A stretch of 32,000 nucleotides of DNA from Candidatus Hadarchaeota archaeon (GTDB lineage Archaea > Hadarchaeota > Hadarchaeia > Hadarchaeales > Hadarchaeaceae), in the NCBI GenBank assembly GCA_964514965.1, contig CAZETV010000001.1, forward strand, positions 723,063 through 755,062, given 5' to 3'. A program made the position numbers and the translations under genes. The notes under the pieces were generated by a model. It was not told where the DNA came from. It saw nothing but the letters and a program-made list of their open reading frames with translations, and did not search any database. Below, in pieces: positions 17,478-25,572 of the stretch (position 1 is its first letter; each line of letters starts with the position of its first letter).

Positions 17478-17987
17478 TTGTGTAAAGAGATACTAGACCT
17501 AATCATCTGGGCACTTTGGTTCATCTTGCCAGCCTATGTAGCGAATGCTACGCCAGTGGTACTGAATGGGACCAAACCAATCGATGGCGGCAAAAAATTT
17601 ATCGATGGTCGCCAACTTTTCGGCCCCGGTAAAACGTGGTATGGGTTCATTGCTGGCACCGCTACCGGTACTTTGGTTGGACTAGTTCAAGGATTTATCA
17701 ATGGAGGGCTCTCACACTATCTTTTGCTCGGCTTCCTGCTCGGCCTTGGCGCGCTAGTAGGTGATTTGCTAGGGAGTTTCATCAAACGCAGGCTCGGCAT
17801 CAAGCGTGGAGATGCGGCACCGGGTATGGATCAACTCGGCTTTGTACTTGTCGCCTTGCTCTTAGCAAGTCTGGTGGCCTTACCGAGTTGGGAGGTAATC
17901 TTAACAATACTTATTATAACACCACCAATTCACCTAGCAACGAACTTCGTAGGATATAAGCTCGGATTTAAAAGCAGGCCCTACTAG
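17478..17987 (+). CDS. carS: CDP-archaeol synthase
   Basis: 169 aa; YVANATPVVLNG, PIDGGKKFIDGRQLFGPGKTWYGFIAG, GDLLGSFIKRRLGIKRGDAAPGMDQLGFV. The start may be slightly upstream of the tracked ATG. Confidence 0.95.
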   Translation: MCKEILDLIIWALWFILPAYVANATPVVLNGTKPIDGGKKFIDGRQLFGPGKTWYGFIAGTATGTLVGLVQGFINGGLSHYLLLGFLLGLGALVGDLLGSFIKRRLGIKRGDAAPGMDQLGFVLVALLLASLVALPSWEVILTILIITPPIHLATNFVGYKLGFKSRPY

Positions 17988-18123
17988 CACTGCTGTACTG
18001 GGCCTCTTTAAACATTAGATAATTATTAGACTCCAATGAAAAACTAAAACGGCTGCTATCAAACGACCGTATTTGTAATGATAACTTTTAATCACTTGGT
18101 GTTCCAGTTTATTTGGTTATAAA

Positions 18124-18294
18124 ATGGGCAAAGTTGCCGGTGTCTGCGCGATATGCGGGCGAACAAGCACTGATGTTTATCGATGCAGTGTGTGCGGCTC
18201 TATGGTCTGTTCAAGATGCTTCATGCATGACATCAAAGTCTGCAAACAGTGCTTGAGGAGGGGGCTCTGGATCAGTGATAGAGGATCCCAATAA
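18124..18294 (+). CDS. Small four-CxxC zinc-finger protein
   Basis: Not in ORF track. MGKVAGVCAICGRTSTDVYRCSVCGSMVCSRCFMHDIKVCKQCLRRGLWISDRGSQ*; CAIC/CSVC/CSRC/CKQC knuckles. Confidence 0.65.
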   Translation: MGKVAGVCAICGRTSTDVYRCSVCGSMVCSRCFMHDIKVCKQCLRRGLWISDRGSQ

Positions 18295-18342
18295 TTTTGT
18301 GAAAGTATGAGTTAGGACGGAGTGTCGTTGCTCACCGAGAAA

Positions 18343-18758
18343 ATGTCAGAGCAAGTAGAAGAACTTCTTAGTGAGCTGAGGGAAAGCGCTAGTGCTGGCG
18401 TGCCAATTTTAGTGGAGGGAATGGATGATGAAGGGGCCCTACGTAAACTCAACGTGAAAGGACAGATTTTCAGAATATCAAACAGCAGCAAAACTCGCTG
18501 AATTTTCTTGAGAGTTTGGCTGGCTTCAAACAAATTATAGTTTTAACCGATTTTGATCATGCTGGTGATAAACTCGCAAAATTCTGCGTCGTACATCTAA
18601 AGAGACTTGGGGTGGAGCCCGTAGTTGAGTTTCGGAAGAAGCTTAAGGCGCTCCTCCACAAGGACATCAAGGATATCGAGGGACTCGCAAAGTTCCTGCA
18701 CACCCAAAGCGCTGCCCTCAAGCGTCAGCTACTTTCTCCCCGGCTACCCGCGACATGA
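18343..18758 (+). pseudogene. Small TOPRIM-domain protein (COG1658-like), interrupted by an apparent -1 frameshift near 18490
   Basis: Upstream frame ...ASAGVPILVEGMDDEGALRKLNVKGQIFRISNSSKTR* (stop 18499..18501); the -1 frame continues ...NSLNFLESLAGFKQIIVLTDFDHAGDKLAKFCVVHLKRLG.... Together they reconstitute a TOPRIM fold (VEGxxDxxAL ... LTDFDxxG). May be functional if the indel is a sequencing or assembly error, or if recoding occurs. Confidence 0.75.
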
Positions 18759-19341
18759 ACTTCCTAACTATAGAGGGTTTTATGCCCATCCACACGAGTT
18801 TTGCCTCGATTTCATTCTGCGATTTGCCTTGTTCCTTCAGCTTCAAATAGAGCTTCTTCATCGTCTCGGATATCTCGTGAGGAAAACAGACCCAAGCATC
18901 TGTACTGCGCACGAAAAAATCTGGTTTTAGAATTGACCATGGCTTATAGTAAAGTGTACAAATTTTGATCTCCGCCGCGCCTTGCCCGGCTAAGTGCTTC
19001 TTAACGAGCTTGAGGCTTTTCCCTGAATCTGCGATATCATCAATCACCAAAATTTTTTTACCCTTGACCTCGACGGGAAGGGATTGCGTAATCTTCGGCT
19101 TCGTGTGTGTCTTATAAATATCGACGTAATACTCGACCTTGATGGTGGCGATGTTCGGGTTCTCAAGTAAGTCAGACAAAACTCTCCCAGGAATCCACCC
19201 GCCCCGGGATACCGCCACGAGCAGGTCGGGCTTGTAACCGCTGCGCCTGATTTGGCTCGCGACCTGGATGCAGAGCTCGTAAATAAAGTTCCAGCTCGGC
19301 ACCTCGTATTTCTCAGGTTTTTTAGGGGCTGGCATGGACAC
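18718..19341 (-). CDS. Phosphoribosyltransferase (xanthine/hypoxanthine Gpt-like)
   Basis: 207 aa; PDLLVAVSRGGWIPGRVLSD, ILVIDDIADSGKSLKLVKKHL (PRPP-binding motif). Confidence 0.9.
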   Translation of the reverse strand: MSMPAPKKPEKYEVPSWNFIYELCIQVASQIRRSGYKPDLLVAVSRGGWIPGRVLSDLLENPNIATIKVEYYVDIYKTHTKPKITQSLPVEVKGKKILVIDDIADSGKSLKLVKKHLAGQGAAEIKICTLYYKPWSILKPDFFVRSTDAWVCFPHEISETMKKLYLKLKEQGKSQNEIEAKLVWMGIKPSIVRKFMSRVAGEKVADA

Positions 19342-19395
19342 GCGGTTTTATTGGGTGTGCTAAGTCTTTAAAATTTATGTTGGTCTCGCAAGCCA

Positions 19396-19980
19396 CTATA
19401 ACACAATGAACCCTAACAAAAACATGACAATTCCGGCAGTTAGAGGAACTATTAAATTATCATCCAGTATCCATCTCATCCCGGATTCAATGTCTATGCC
19501 TTCCACGAACATCGCGATGGATGCAGCAACGAGAGCTGTTAAGGGGAAGACAAATAACATCGCGCCCAAGGCACCGGCGATAGCGCCGACGATATGCCCC
19601 TCTATAAACTTGGTATTGCTAAAAGGATGCTTCACCCTGCCCACGCTCTTTCCAACCAGATGAGACAGGGAATCCCCCAATGCGCACACCATTATCGACG
19701 CCATTGCGATTGGCTTATCAAAAATCAAAACGACAACGAAAGCCCCAATGACAAAGAAAAAGGATCCCTTGCCAGGAAAAATTTTCATAACCTCCGGTCT
19801 TTCAAAACGCTCTAAGCACCAGTATATAATGGGAATCCTGTATTTCCTGCTCAAGAGAATTAAAACAAAGCCTGCCATCAATATTGCCAGCAGACCCCAC
19901 TCATTCAGCACGTCAAGATATATCAACGCAACTATCGCGACACCCACAGTTACATGAAACAGCTGCCGTCTCATTTCCAT
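19396..19980 (-). CDS. SEC59/DGK1/VTE5-like membrane kinase or CTP-transferase family protein
   Basis: 194 aa; RRQLFHVTVG, ICW-like ASIMVCALGDSLSHLVGKSVGRVKHPFSNTKFIEGHIVGAIAGALGA, consistent with the dolichol kinase-like family. Confidence 0.78.
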   Translation of the reverse strand: MEMRRQLFHVTVGVAIVALIYLDVLNEWGLLAILMAGFVLILLSRKYRIPIIYWCLERFERPEVMKIFPGKGSFFFVIGAFVVVLIFDKPIAMASIMVCALGDSLSHLVGKSVGRVKHPFSNTKFIEGHIVGAIAGALGAMLFVFPLTALVAASIAMFVEGIDIESGMRWILDDNLIVPLTAGIVMFLLGFIVL

Positions 19981-20543
19981 TTTTCTGCCCCGAGATAGAT
20001 TATGGATAGACCAACCAGATATCCGAGTAGTCCCCCAAATATGATATCGCTGAGGTAGTGCACACCCAAATAGAGTCTAGTGAATCCAATAAAGCAGGCA
20101 AAACCGACCCAAAACCACTTCAGTTTGGAGAATCCTCTATTAAGAACAGGTACCGCCGAGAAAACGGTCGCCGTGTGGCCACTGGGAAATGAAAAACCTG
20201 CAGCAGCGATGAGCCCTAATTCAGGTCTCTGTACCGCAAAAACGCCTTTGAATAGATAGGTTAGCCCTACCGCTACCACAACACTCAACATCAACGGCGG
20301 AGCCCACTTTTTTTTACCGCACACCCAAAAAAGCAAAACGGGAATTAAAATCACAACGACGGCGACAGCCAGCCAATCCGTCGCCAAAATCATGAACTCG
20401 TTTAGAATGGGGGTTCTGAAGTCGGCGAAAAATCTCACGACATGATCATCTACCGCAAAACTTAGGAGGCCCAGAACTGCAACTACCCCACTTAAAAAAA
20501 TAGTCCTTTTATCCATCAAAATTTCCCACCTTAACGAACCCAC
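19971..20543 (-). CDS. PAP2-superfamily phosphatase (membrane)
   Basis: 190 aa; FSFPSGHTATVFSAVPVL...GFTRLYLGVHYLSDIIFGGLLGYLVG, the PAP2 motif set. Overlaps the 3'-adjacent kinase-like gene by 10 nt. Confidence 0.9.
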   Translation of the reverse strand: MGSLRWEILMDKRTIFLSGVVAVLGLLSFAVDDHVVRFFADFRTPILNEFMILATDWLAVAVVVILIPVLLFWVCGKKKWAPPLMLSVVVAVGLTYLFKGVFAVQRPELGLIAAAGFSFPSGHTATVFSAVPVLNRGFSKLKWFWVGFACFIGFTRLYLGVHYLSDIIFGGLLGYLVGLSIIYLGAEKWK

Positions 20544-20668
20544 TATAGCGCTGCCACTGACTTATAGATTTTTAAACAACCCCGTTCTGTATGATTCACA
20601 ATCTTTAACAAAATTTGAACCACAGCCTTTTTAGGTGGGTAAACATAATTGGAAGTAATCATCAACTC

Positions 20669-20701
20669 AAGCCAGAATCACCATCAGGCTCATTCTGGCT
20701 T
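20669..20701. promoter_or_regulatory. Perfect 10-bp inverted repeat (AAGCCAGAAT-N13-ATTCTGGCTT) upstream of dnaG
   Basis: Arms at 20669..20678 and 20692..20701; loop CACCATCAGGCTC; the 3' arm ends 8 nt before the GTG start at 20710. Confidence 0.75.
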
Positions 20702-20709
20702 TCGAGGGC

Positions 20710-21951
20710 GTGGTGCCCTTGAAAGAAAAAACACTACAAGAAATAATAGCTGAGCGAATCGGAAAAAAGGAGGTTTCCGTTATGCGAGAGGATATTGGTA
20801 CGACTAAGTATATCATCCACGCCAAGATAGCGGCGAGCGGCGTGGTGGAGCGCCCCGATGTAGTGGGCGCAGTTTTTGGACAAACTGAAGGTTTACTGGG
20901 AGATGAGCTAGACCTACGCGAGCTGCTCAAGACCGGTAGGATAGGACGCCTTAAAGTGGACATCAGCTCAAACCAAGGAAAATCGTCAGGCACGATAATG
21001 ATCCCCTCAAGCCTTGACCGGGTCGAAACGTCGATCATTGCTGCAGCACTTGAAACCATCTCTCGGGTAGGACCATGCGAGGCGACAATAAAGGTCGAAC
21101 GAATCGAAGATGTGCGCGACGCTAAACGGAAGTTCATCGTAGAGCGTGCAAAAGAGATTCTTGAGTTCGTCGAGAAGGCTGCTCCTGAGACTCAAGAGAT
21201 AGCCGAGAGAGTCAAGAAGTCCGTGCGCCTTGAGGAGATTACCGAATACGAGGGTTTACCCGCGGGCCCGGGAGTGCGTAGTTCCGATGCGATAATAATC
21301 GTCGAGGGGCGAGCTGATGTGTTAAACTTGCTTCGCGCGGGCATCCAAAACATCATCGCCATCGAGGGAACTAGCATACCCAAGGCAGTGATTAACCTGA
21401 GCAAGGGCAAGACAGTGACGGCTTTCCTAGACAGCGATAGAGGTGGGGACCTAATCCTGAAGGAACTGCTCCAAGTTGCCAGCATCAACTTCGTTGCGAG
21501 ACCGCCAAAAAACAGTAGCGTAGAGGACCTTACGCGAAAGGAAATAATCAAGGCGTTGCAAAACAAGGTGCCTCTCGAGCACGCGCTGGCCGAACTCCGA
21601 AGGAAGCCCGCAGCAGAAGCAGAACCTTCTGCTAAAGAGGAGACCCAAGAGTTACAAAAACTGAAAGGTGTTATCGGCAAACTACGCGGCACTCTGAGAG
21701 CACAGCTACTTGACAAAAAACTCAATCAAATCGAAGAGGTTCAAGTGAGGGAACTAAAGGAACTACTGCCCAAGGCCTCGGAAGTTAAAGCTGTGGTGTT
21801 CGACGGTGTTGTAACCCAAGAGTTGGCGGACATGGCAGCCAAACAAGGCGTGCAATACGTTGTCGGAATGCGCTCGCGTGTCGAAGTGACACCAAAAAAC
21901 TTGCGCGTCCTAACAATAGAAGATCTTCGAAAGTCGGGACACCAAAGATAG
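20710..21951 (+). CDS. dnaG: Archaeal DnaG-type primase
   Basis: 413 aa; [69 protein letters not shown], archaeal DnaG TOPRIM. Start codon GTG. Confidence 0.97.
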   Translation: MVPLKEKTLQEIIAERIGKKEVSVMREDIGTTKYIIHAKIAASGVVERPDVVGAVFGQTEGLLGDELDLRELLKTGRIGRLKVDISSNQGKSSGTIMIPSSLDRVETSIIAAALETISRVGPCEATIKVERIEDVRDAKRKFIVERAKEILEFVEKAAPETQEIAERVKKSVRLEEITEYEGLPAGPGVRSSDAIIIVEGRADVLNLLRAGIQNIIAIEGTSIPKAVINLSKGKTVTAFLDSDRGGDLILKELLQVASINFVARPPKNSSVEDLTRKEIIKALQNKVPLEHALAELRRKPAAEAEPSAKEETQELQKLKGVIGKLRGTLRAQLLDKKLNQIEEVQVRELKELLPKASEVKAVVFDGVVTQELADMAAKQGVQYVVGMRSRVEVTPKNLRVLTIEDLRKSGHQR

Positions 21952-22410
21952 CTAGACCTTAACGTTGTAGTCCATTATCACGGCCGTTTCGCCGTCCTCA
22001 TAATAGTAGGGAATCTCCCCCCGCGGCCGAAAGCCGAGCTTTAGGTAGAACCGCTGAGCCTTAACGTTGCTCTTTCGCACTTCTAGACGCACGATTTTCA
22101 CCCCCCTCTCGTGGAGGCGGCCAATGATTTGCTTCATGAGGGCCGAACCAACGTTCTGCTTTTGATAGAGTGGGTCAACACCTATGGCTAAAATGTGACC
22201 CTTCATTTCCCATCGGATTACCCCGATCACGTAGCCCACTACTTTTCCATCAACTTCGGCCACGAGGAATCCATCGGGGTGCATCGCGTATAGATGGTTG
22301 AGAAGGCTTAGCGGGTAGGGGTCCTTAAAGCACTTGTACTCTATGCTCAAGATTGCTTGCATGTCGTTTGAATTTAGGGCCCGAATCTGAACGAGCCGTT
22401 GGGTTACCAC
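21952..22410 (-). CDS. rimI: Ribosomal-protein-alanine N-acetyltransferase / N-terminal acetyltransferase (GNAT)
   Basis: 152 aa; LILSIEYKCFKDPYPLSLLNHLYA-like region, HILAIGVDPLYQKQNVGSALMKQIIGRLHERGVKIVRLEVRKSNVKAQRFYLKLGFRPRG. Confidence 0.93.
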   Translation of the reverse strand: MVTQRLVQIRALNSNDMQAILSIEYKCFKDPYPLSLLNHLYAMHPDGFLVAEVDGKVVGYVIGVIRWEMKGHILAIGVDPLYQKQNVGSALMKQIIGRLHERGVKIVRLEVRKSNVKAQRFYLKLGFRPRGEIPYYYEDGETAVIMDYNVKV

Positions 22411-22544
22411 AGGAACATCTCAATTACGTTTTAAGCGATTATGGATAAAATCATTTGGATATAATATGGTGCCGCCAAAGTATTATGGAAACAGGCCCCA
22501 ATACTAAACGACTTATATCTTGGAGGAAGCCCGAGGTGTAAAAA

Positions 22545-23252
22545 ATGGGATTATTTGATAAAATCCGAGATGCTGTAGGGCTAGGACCACAGAAACCTCC
22601 ACCAAGATTTAAGCCATTCGAGGTCGTTGAAGAGCAGAAAGGGTCTTACGCAAATTTCGAACGAACGCTTCAGAAATACGGCTTGATTATGCTCATCGTA
22701 GGGAGACGCGGGGGCGGAAAAACTGCTCTCGGGATGCAGTTCCTAGCTTGGTTTAACCATGTTGCTCGGCGGAGATGTTATGGAATTGGATATAACTCCG
22801 CAAAGTTGCCGCGATGGGTCCACAAAGCGAACTACATTGAAGATATTCCGAATGACTCTGTTGTACTCGTCGACGAAGCCGCGATTTTATTTTTCTCGCG
22901 TGAGACAATGACCTCGATGAACAAAATGCTTACCAAGCTCATGGCAATCGCACGCCACAAGAACCTGTCGATGGTGCTTATAACTCAAAGCTCGGCCCTG
23001 ATCGAGATTAACGTGCTTCGCTTGGCAGATGTGCTTCTGCTTAAGGAACCATCATTACTTCAGGCAAGGTTTGAGCGAAAGGCCTTACAGGATATCTTCT
23101 CCACTGTCAGCAAAACGTTTAAAAAAATAGATGACTGCGTAAGCCATTTCTATGTATACTCCGATGAGTTTGAAGGGCTCGTGCATTACAGCTTGCCGTA
23201 TTTCTGGAACGACAGTATAAGCCGCTCCTTTCGAGAATTCCGCAGCAGGTAA
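22545..23252 (+). CDS. Small Zot/HerA-like P-loop ATPase
   Basis: 235 aa; Walker A IVGRRGGGKTALG, Walker B DSVVLVDEAAIL, then MVLITQSSALIEINVLRLADVLLLKEP, an ASCE ATPase layout. Subfamily assignment is uncertain. Confidence 0.65.
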   Translation: MGLFDKIRDAVGLGPQKPPPRFKPFEVVEEQKGSYANFERTLQKYGLIMLIVGRRGGGKTALGMQFLAWFNHVARRRCYGIGYNSAKLPRWVHKANYIEDIPNDSVVLVDEAAILFFSRETMTSMNKMLTKLMAIARHKNLSMVLITQSSALIEINVLRLADVLLLKEPSLLQARFERKALQDIFSTVSKTFKKIDDCVSHFYVYSDEFEGLVHYSLPYFWNDSISRSFREFRSR

Positions 23253-23281
23253 CGCATGCCACTGATATCCGGGGTTAACAA

Positions 23282-24346
23282 ATGCGGGTGGTCCATAAAG
23301 ATTTGAAGCATGGAAAAATCAAGCTCGTGGTCGAGACGCTTGATGATCTCTGGCACCTCCAGCAACTAGTCGAACCCAACGATATCGCGACTGCTCAAAC
23401 TTGGCGTAGGGAGCAGGAAGTTGGAGACCGACTCAGGCCGGAACGGCTGAAGAAGCTGCGCGTAACTTTATCTATCCGTGTTGAAGGCATCGAATTTCAC
23501 AAACATGCAAATCGCCTCCGCCTGCTAGGCACGATACTCAGTGGACCCGATGTCGGAAAACATCACTCCTTCAGCTTGGAGCTTGGGTCTGCACTTGCCA
23601 TTACAAAAAATTGGCGACCAGACCACCTCAACCGCATCAAGGAGGCCGTTCGAGCCAGCCGTCGTCCACGTGTCCTACTCGTAGCACTCGACGATGTTTC
23701 AGCAGATTTCGCTTTGGTTCGTCAGTATGGACTCGATGAGATTGGCATGATTTCTCAAGCGAGAATGGGCAAGCGATACGATGTCGAACGGGAAGCGGAC
23801 GAACGAAAATTCTTCCAAAAACTTGCTGCGGCGATGAACGACATCATCTCACGTGAGAACGTTCGAGCTGCTATAGTTGCTGGCCCGGGATTCACCAAAG
23901 ATACATTCGTAAATTTTCTGCGTGAGAAACACCCAGAACTAATCTCGAAAGTAATACATGATAATGTCAGTTCGGGGGGCAGAGCTGGACTCTACGAGAT
24001 TGTGCGTCGCGGGTTAGTCGAGCGGGTATCACGAGATAATCGTGTTTCATTTGAGACATCGCTGGTCGAACGTTTAATGATGGAAATCGCGAAGAGTGGG
24101 CCAGCCACCTATGGTGAGGCAGATGTCAAGCGAGCTGCATCGCTTGGCGCTGTCGAGAACCTGCTGATCGCGGATGAGACGCTTCGACGGAATCGAGCTG
24201 GCGTCGAGGGAGTGCTGGAACAGGTACGAAGGACGCGAGGACAAGTAACCGTGGTGAGCACTGATCACGACGCGGGGAAACAGTTGTTGGCGCTGGGCGG
24301 CGTGGCAGCCCTACTCAGGTTCAAGGCCCAAAACTCAAAAGATTAG
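23282..24346 (+). CDS. pelA: mRNA surveillance protein pelota (aPelota/Dom34)
   Basis: 354 aa; MRVVHKDLKHGKIKLVVETLDDLWHLQQLVEPNDI, VAGPGFTKDTFVNFLREKHPEL, ENLLIADETLRR, VTVVSTDHDAGKQLLALGGVAALLRF. Confidence 0.97.
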   Translation: MRVVHKDLKHGKIKLVVETLDDLWHLQQLVEPNDIATAQTWRREQEVGDRLRPERLKKLRVTLSIRVEGIEFHKHANRLRLLGTILSGPDVGKHHSFSLELGSALAITKNWRPDHLNRIKEAVRASRRPRVLLVALDDVSADFALVRQYGLDEIGMISQARMGKRYDVEREADERKFFQKLAAAMNDIISRENVRAAIVAGPGFTKDTFVNFLREKHPELISKVIHDNVSSGGRAGLYEIVRRGLVERVSRDNRVSFETSLVERLMMEIAKSGPATYGEADVKRAASLGAVENLLIADETLRRNRAGVEGVLEQVRRTRGQVTVVSTDHDAGKQLLALGGVAALLRFKAQNSKD

Positions 24347-24403
24347 AGAAGAGTTACCTCAAAGGTTATTTATGCGGCATTCCCTTAAATTTTGAGGTGA
24401 AAC

Positions 24404-24697
24404 ATGACAATTCCGCCTGAGTTAGCCTGGATCGTTCCAGTTGTCATACCGTTTATCATAGGGTTACTAGTCGGTGCTGTGGCCAAACGTACTTTTAAGT
24501 TGATAGTGGTTGTCGCCGCTCTCGTAATCGTCCTCGTCGCTACTGGTGTCGTGAGCTTGACCTTCCAAGATGTCTACGACAAAGCGATGGAGTTCCTGCC
24601 GAGATTAATTGACCTTGGAGGGGGGCTGAAGGATGTTCTGCCGTACACGTCAGTGGCGTTCTTGATAGGTCTTGCGCTAGGGTTGTGGAAAGGTTAG
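24404..24697 (+). CDS. Small membrane protein of unknown function
   Basis: 97 aa with three hydrophobic stretches and a plausible upstream GAGG. Confidence 0.55.
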   Translation: MTIPPELAWIVPVVIPFIIGLLVGAVAKRTFKLIVVVAALVIVLVATGVVSLTFQDVYDKAMEFLPRLIDLGGGLKDVLPYTSVAFLIGLALGLWKG

Positions 24698-24733
24698 GCT
24701 AAAGTTATTCACCACAGCGTTAAAATTAGTTAG

Positions 24734-25510
24734 ATGATCGCAACTCCAATTCGCAACGTGCCAGCACTAATGATCAAGTCGGGCAAGGAGCGCTCACTTA
24801 TCGTCGCAGACTTGCACTTAGGCATCGAATGGGAACTAGCGAACAAGGGCGTCTCACTGCCTAGCCAGACCCCAAAGGTTAAGGAACGGCTCTTAAAGCT
24901 CATCAAGAGACGGATGCCAAATCGCCTGATCCTCTTGGGCGATGTCAAGCACAACGTTCCCATCGCCAGCTGGCAAGAGTGGCACGAACTCCCAAGCTTC
25001 TTCGGGGAGCTGACGACGATAGTTCGCGTCGAAATCATGCGCGGAAACCATGATGGCGGGCTGGAAGGGATGGTGCCACAAGGGATAAAAATTCATGGTG
25101 CGCGGGGCATAGTACTCGGCAAGCGAAAGCGCGTGGGGCTGATGCACGGCCACACTTGGCCTTCGCCAGAGTTATTCAACACAAAACTGCTCGTGACAGC
25201 ACATAACCACCCTGCGGTCGAGTTCCGTGACGAAATCGGGGGGCGAACGACCGAGCCTATTTGGCTCCGAGCCAAACTAGATGCATCGAAGTTTCCGAAA
25301 AAGATTAAGGGGCAGATCAATGGCGAATTACCAGAGCTACTCGTGATGCCAGCGTTCAACGAACTTGTTGGAGGTGCCGCAGTTAATCGAAGAATACCCA
25401 AAGAATTAATCGGCCCGATGTTCAAAGCTGGTGCCGTGGAACTTGAAAAAGCTGAAGCTTACTTGTTGAACGGCACTTTTTTAGGCGAAGTACATGATTT
25501 GAGAAAGTGA
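24734..25510 (+). CDS. Metallophosphoesterase (COG1407-like)
   Basis: 258 aa; LIVADLHLGIEWELANKG, LLGDVKH, EIMRGNHDGGLEG, GLMHGHTWP calcineurin-like motifs. Confidence 0.9.
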   Translation: MIATPIRNVPALMIKSGKERSLIVADLHLGIEWELANKGVSLPSQTPKVKERLLKLIKRRMPNRLILLGDVKHNVPIASWQEWHELPSFFGELTTIVRVEIMRGNHDGGLEGMVPQGIKIHGARGIVLGKRKRVGLMHGHTWPSPELFNTKLLVTAHNHPAVEFRDEIGGRTTEPIWLRAKLDASKFPKKIKGQINGELPELLVMPAFNELVGGAAVNRRIPKELIGPMFKAGAVELEKAEAYLLNGTFLGEVHDLRK

Positions 25511-25572
25511 AAATGTGTCATCTCTAAAAGTTTTTATGTTGGTGCGACATTAAGCTTCGGGGGAATTCAACG

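Noticed and set aside
18484-18501. Programmed -1 frameshift signal in the TOPRIM gene
   Set aside because: AGC AAA ACT is not a standard slippery heptamer, and no obvious downstream pseudoknot was seen. An indel error or pseudogene is more likely, so it is reported only as an open question.
20667-21137. 156-aa minus-strand ORF over the dnaG 5' region
   Set aside because: Antisense to the conserved dnaG coding sequence.
22545-23252. Reading the Zot-like ATPase as evidence of an integrated virus or plasmid
   Set aside because: No capsid, integrase, relaxase or repeat boundaries are nearby; the flanking genes are chromosomal housekeeping genes.
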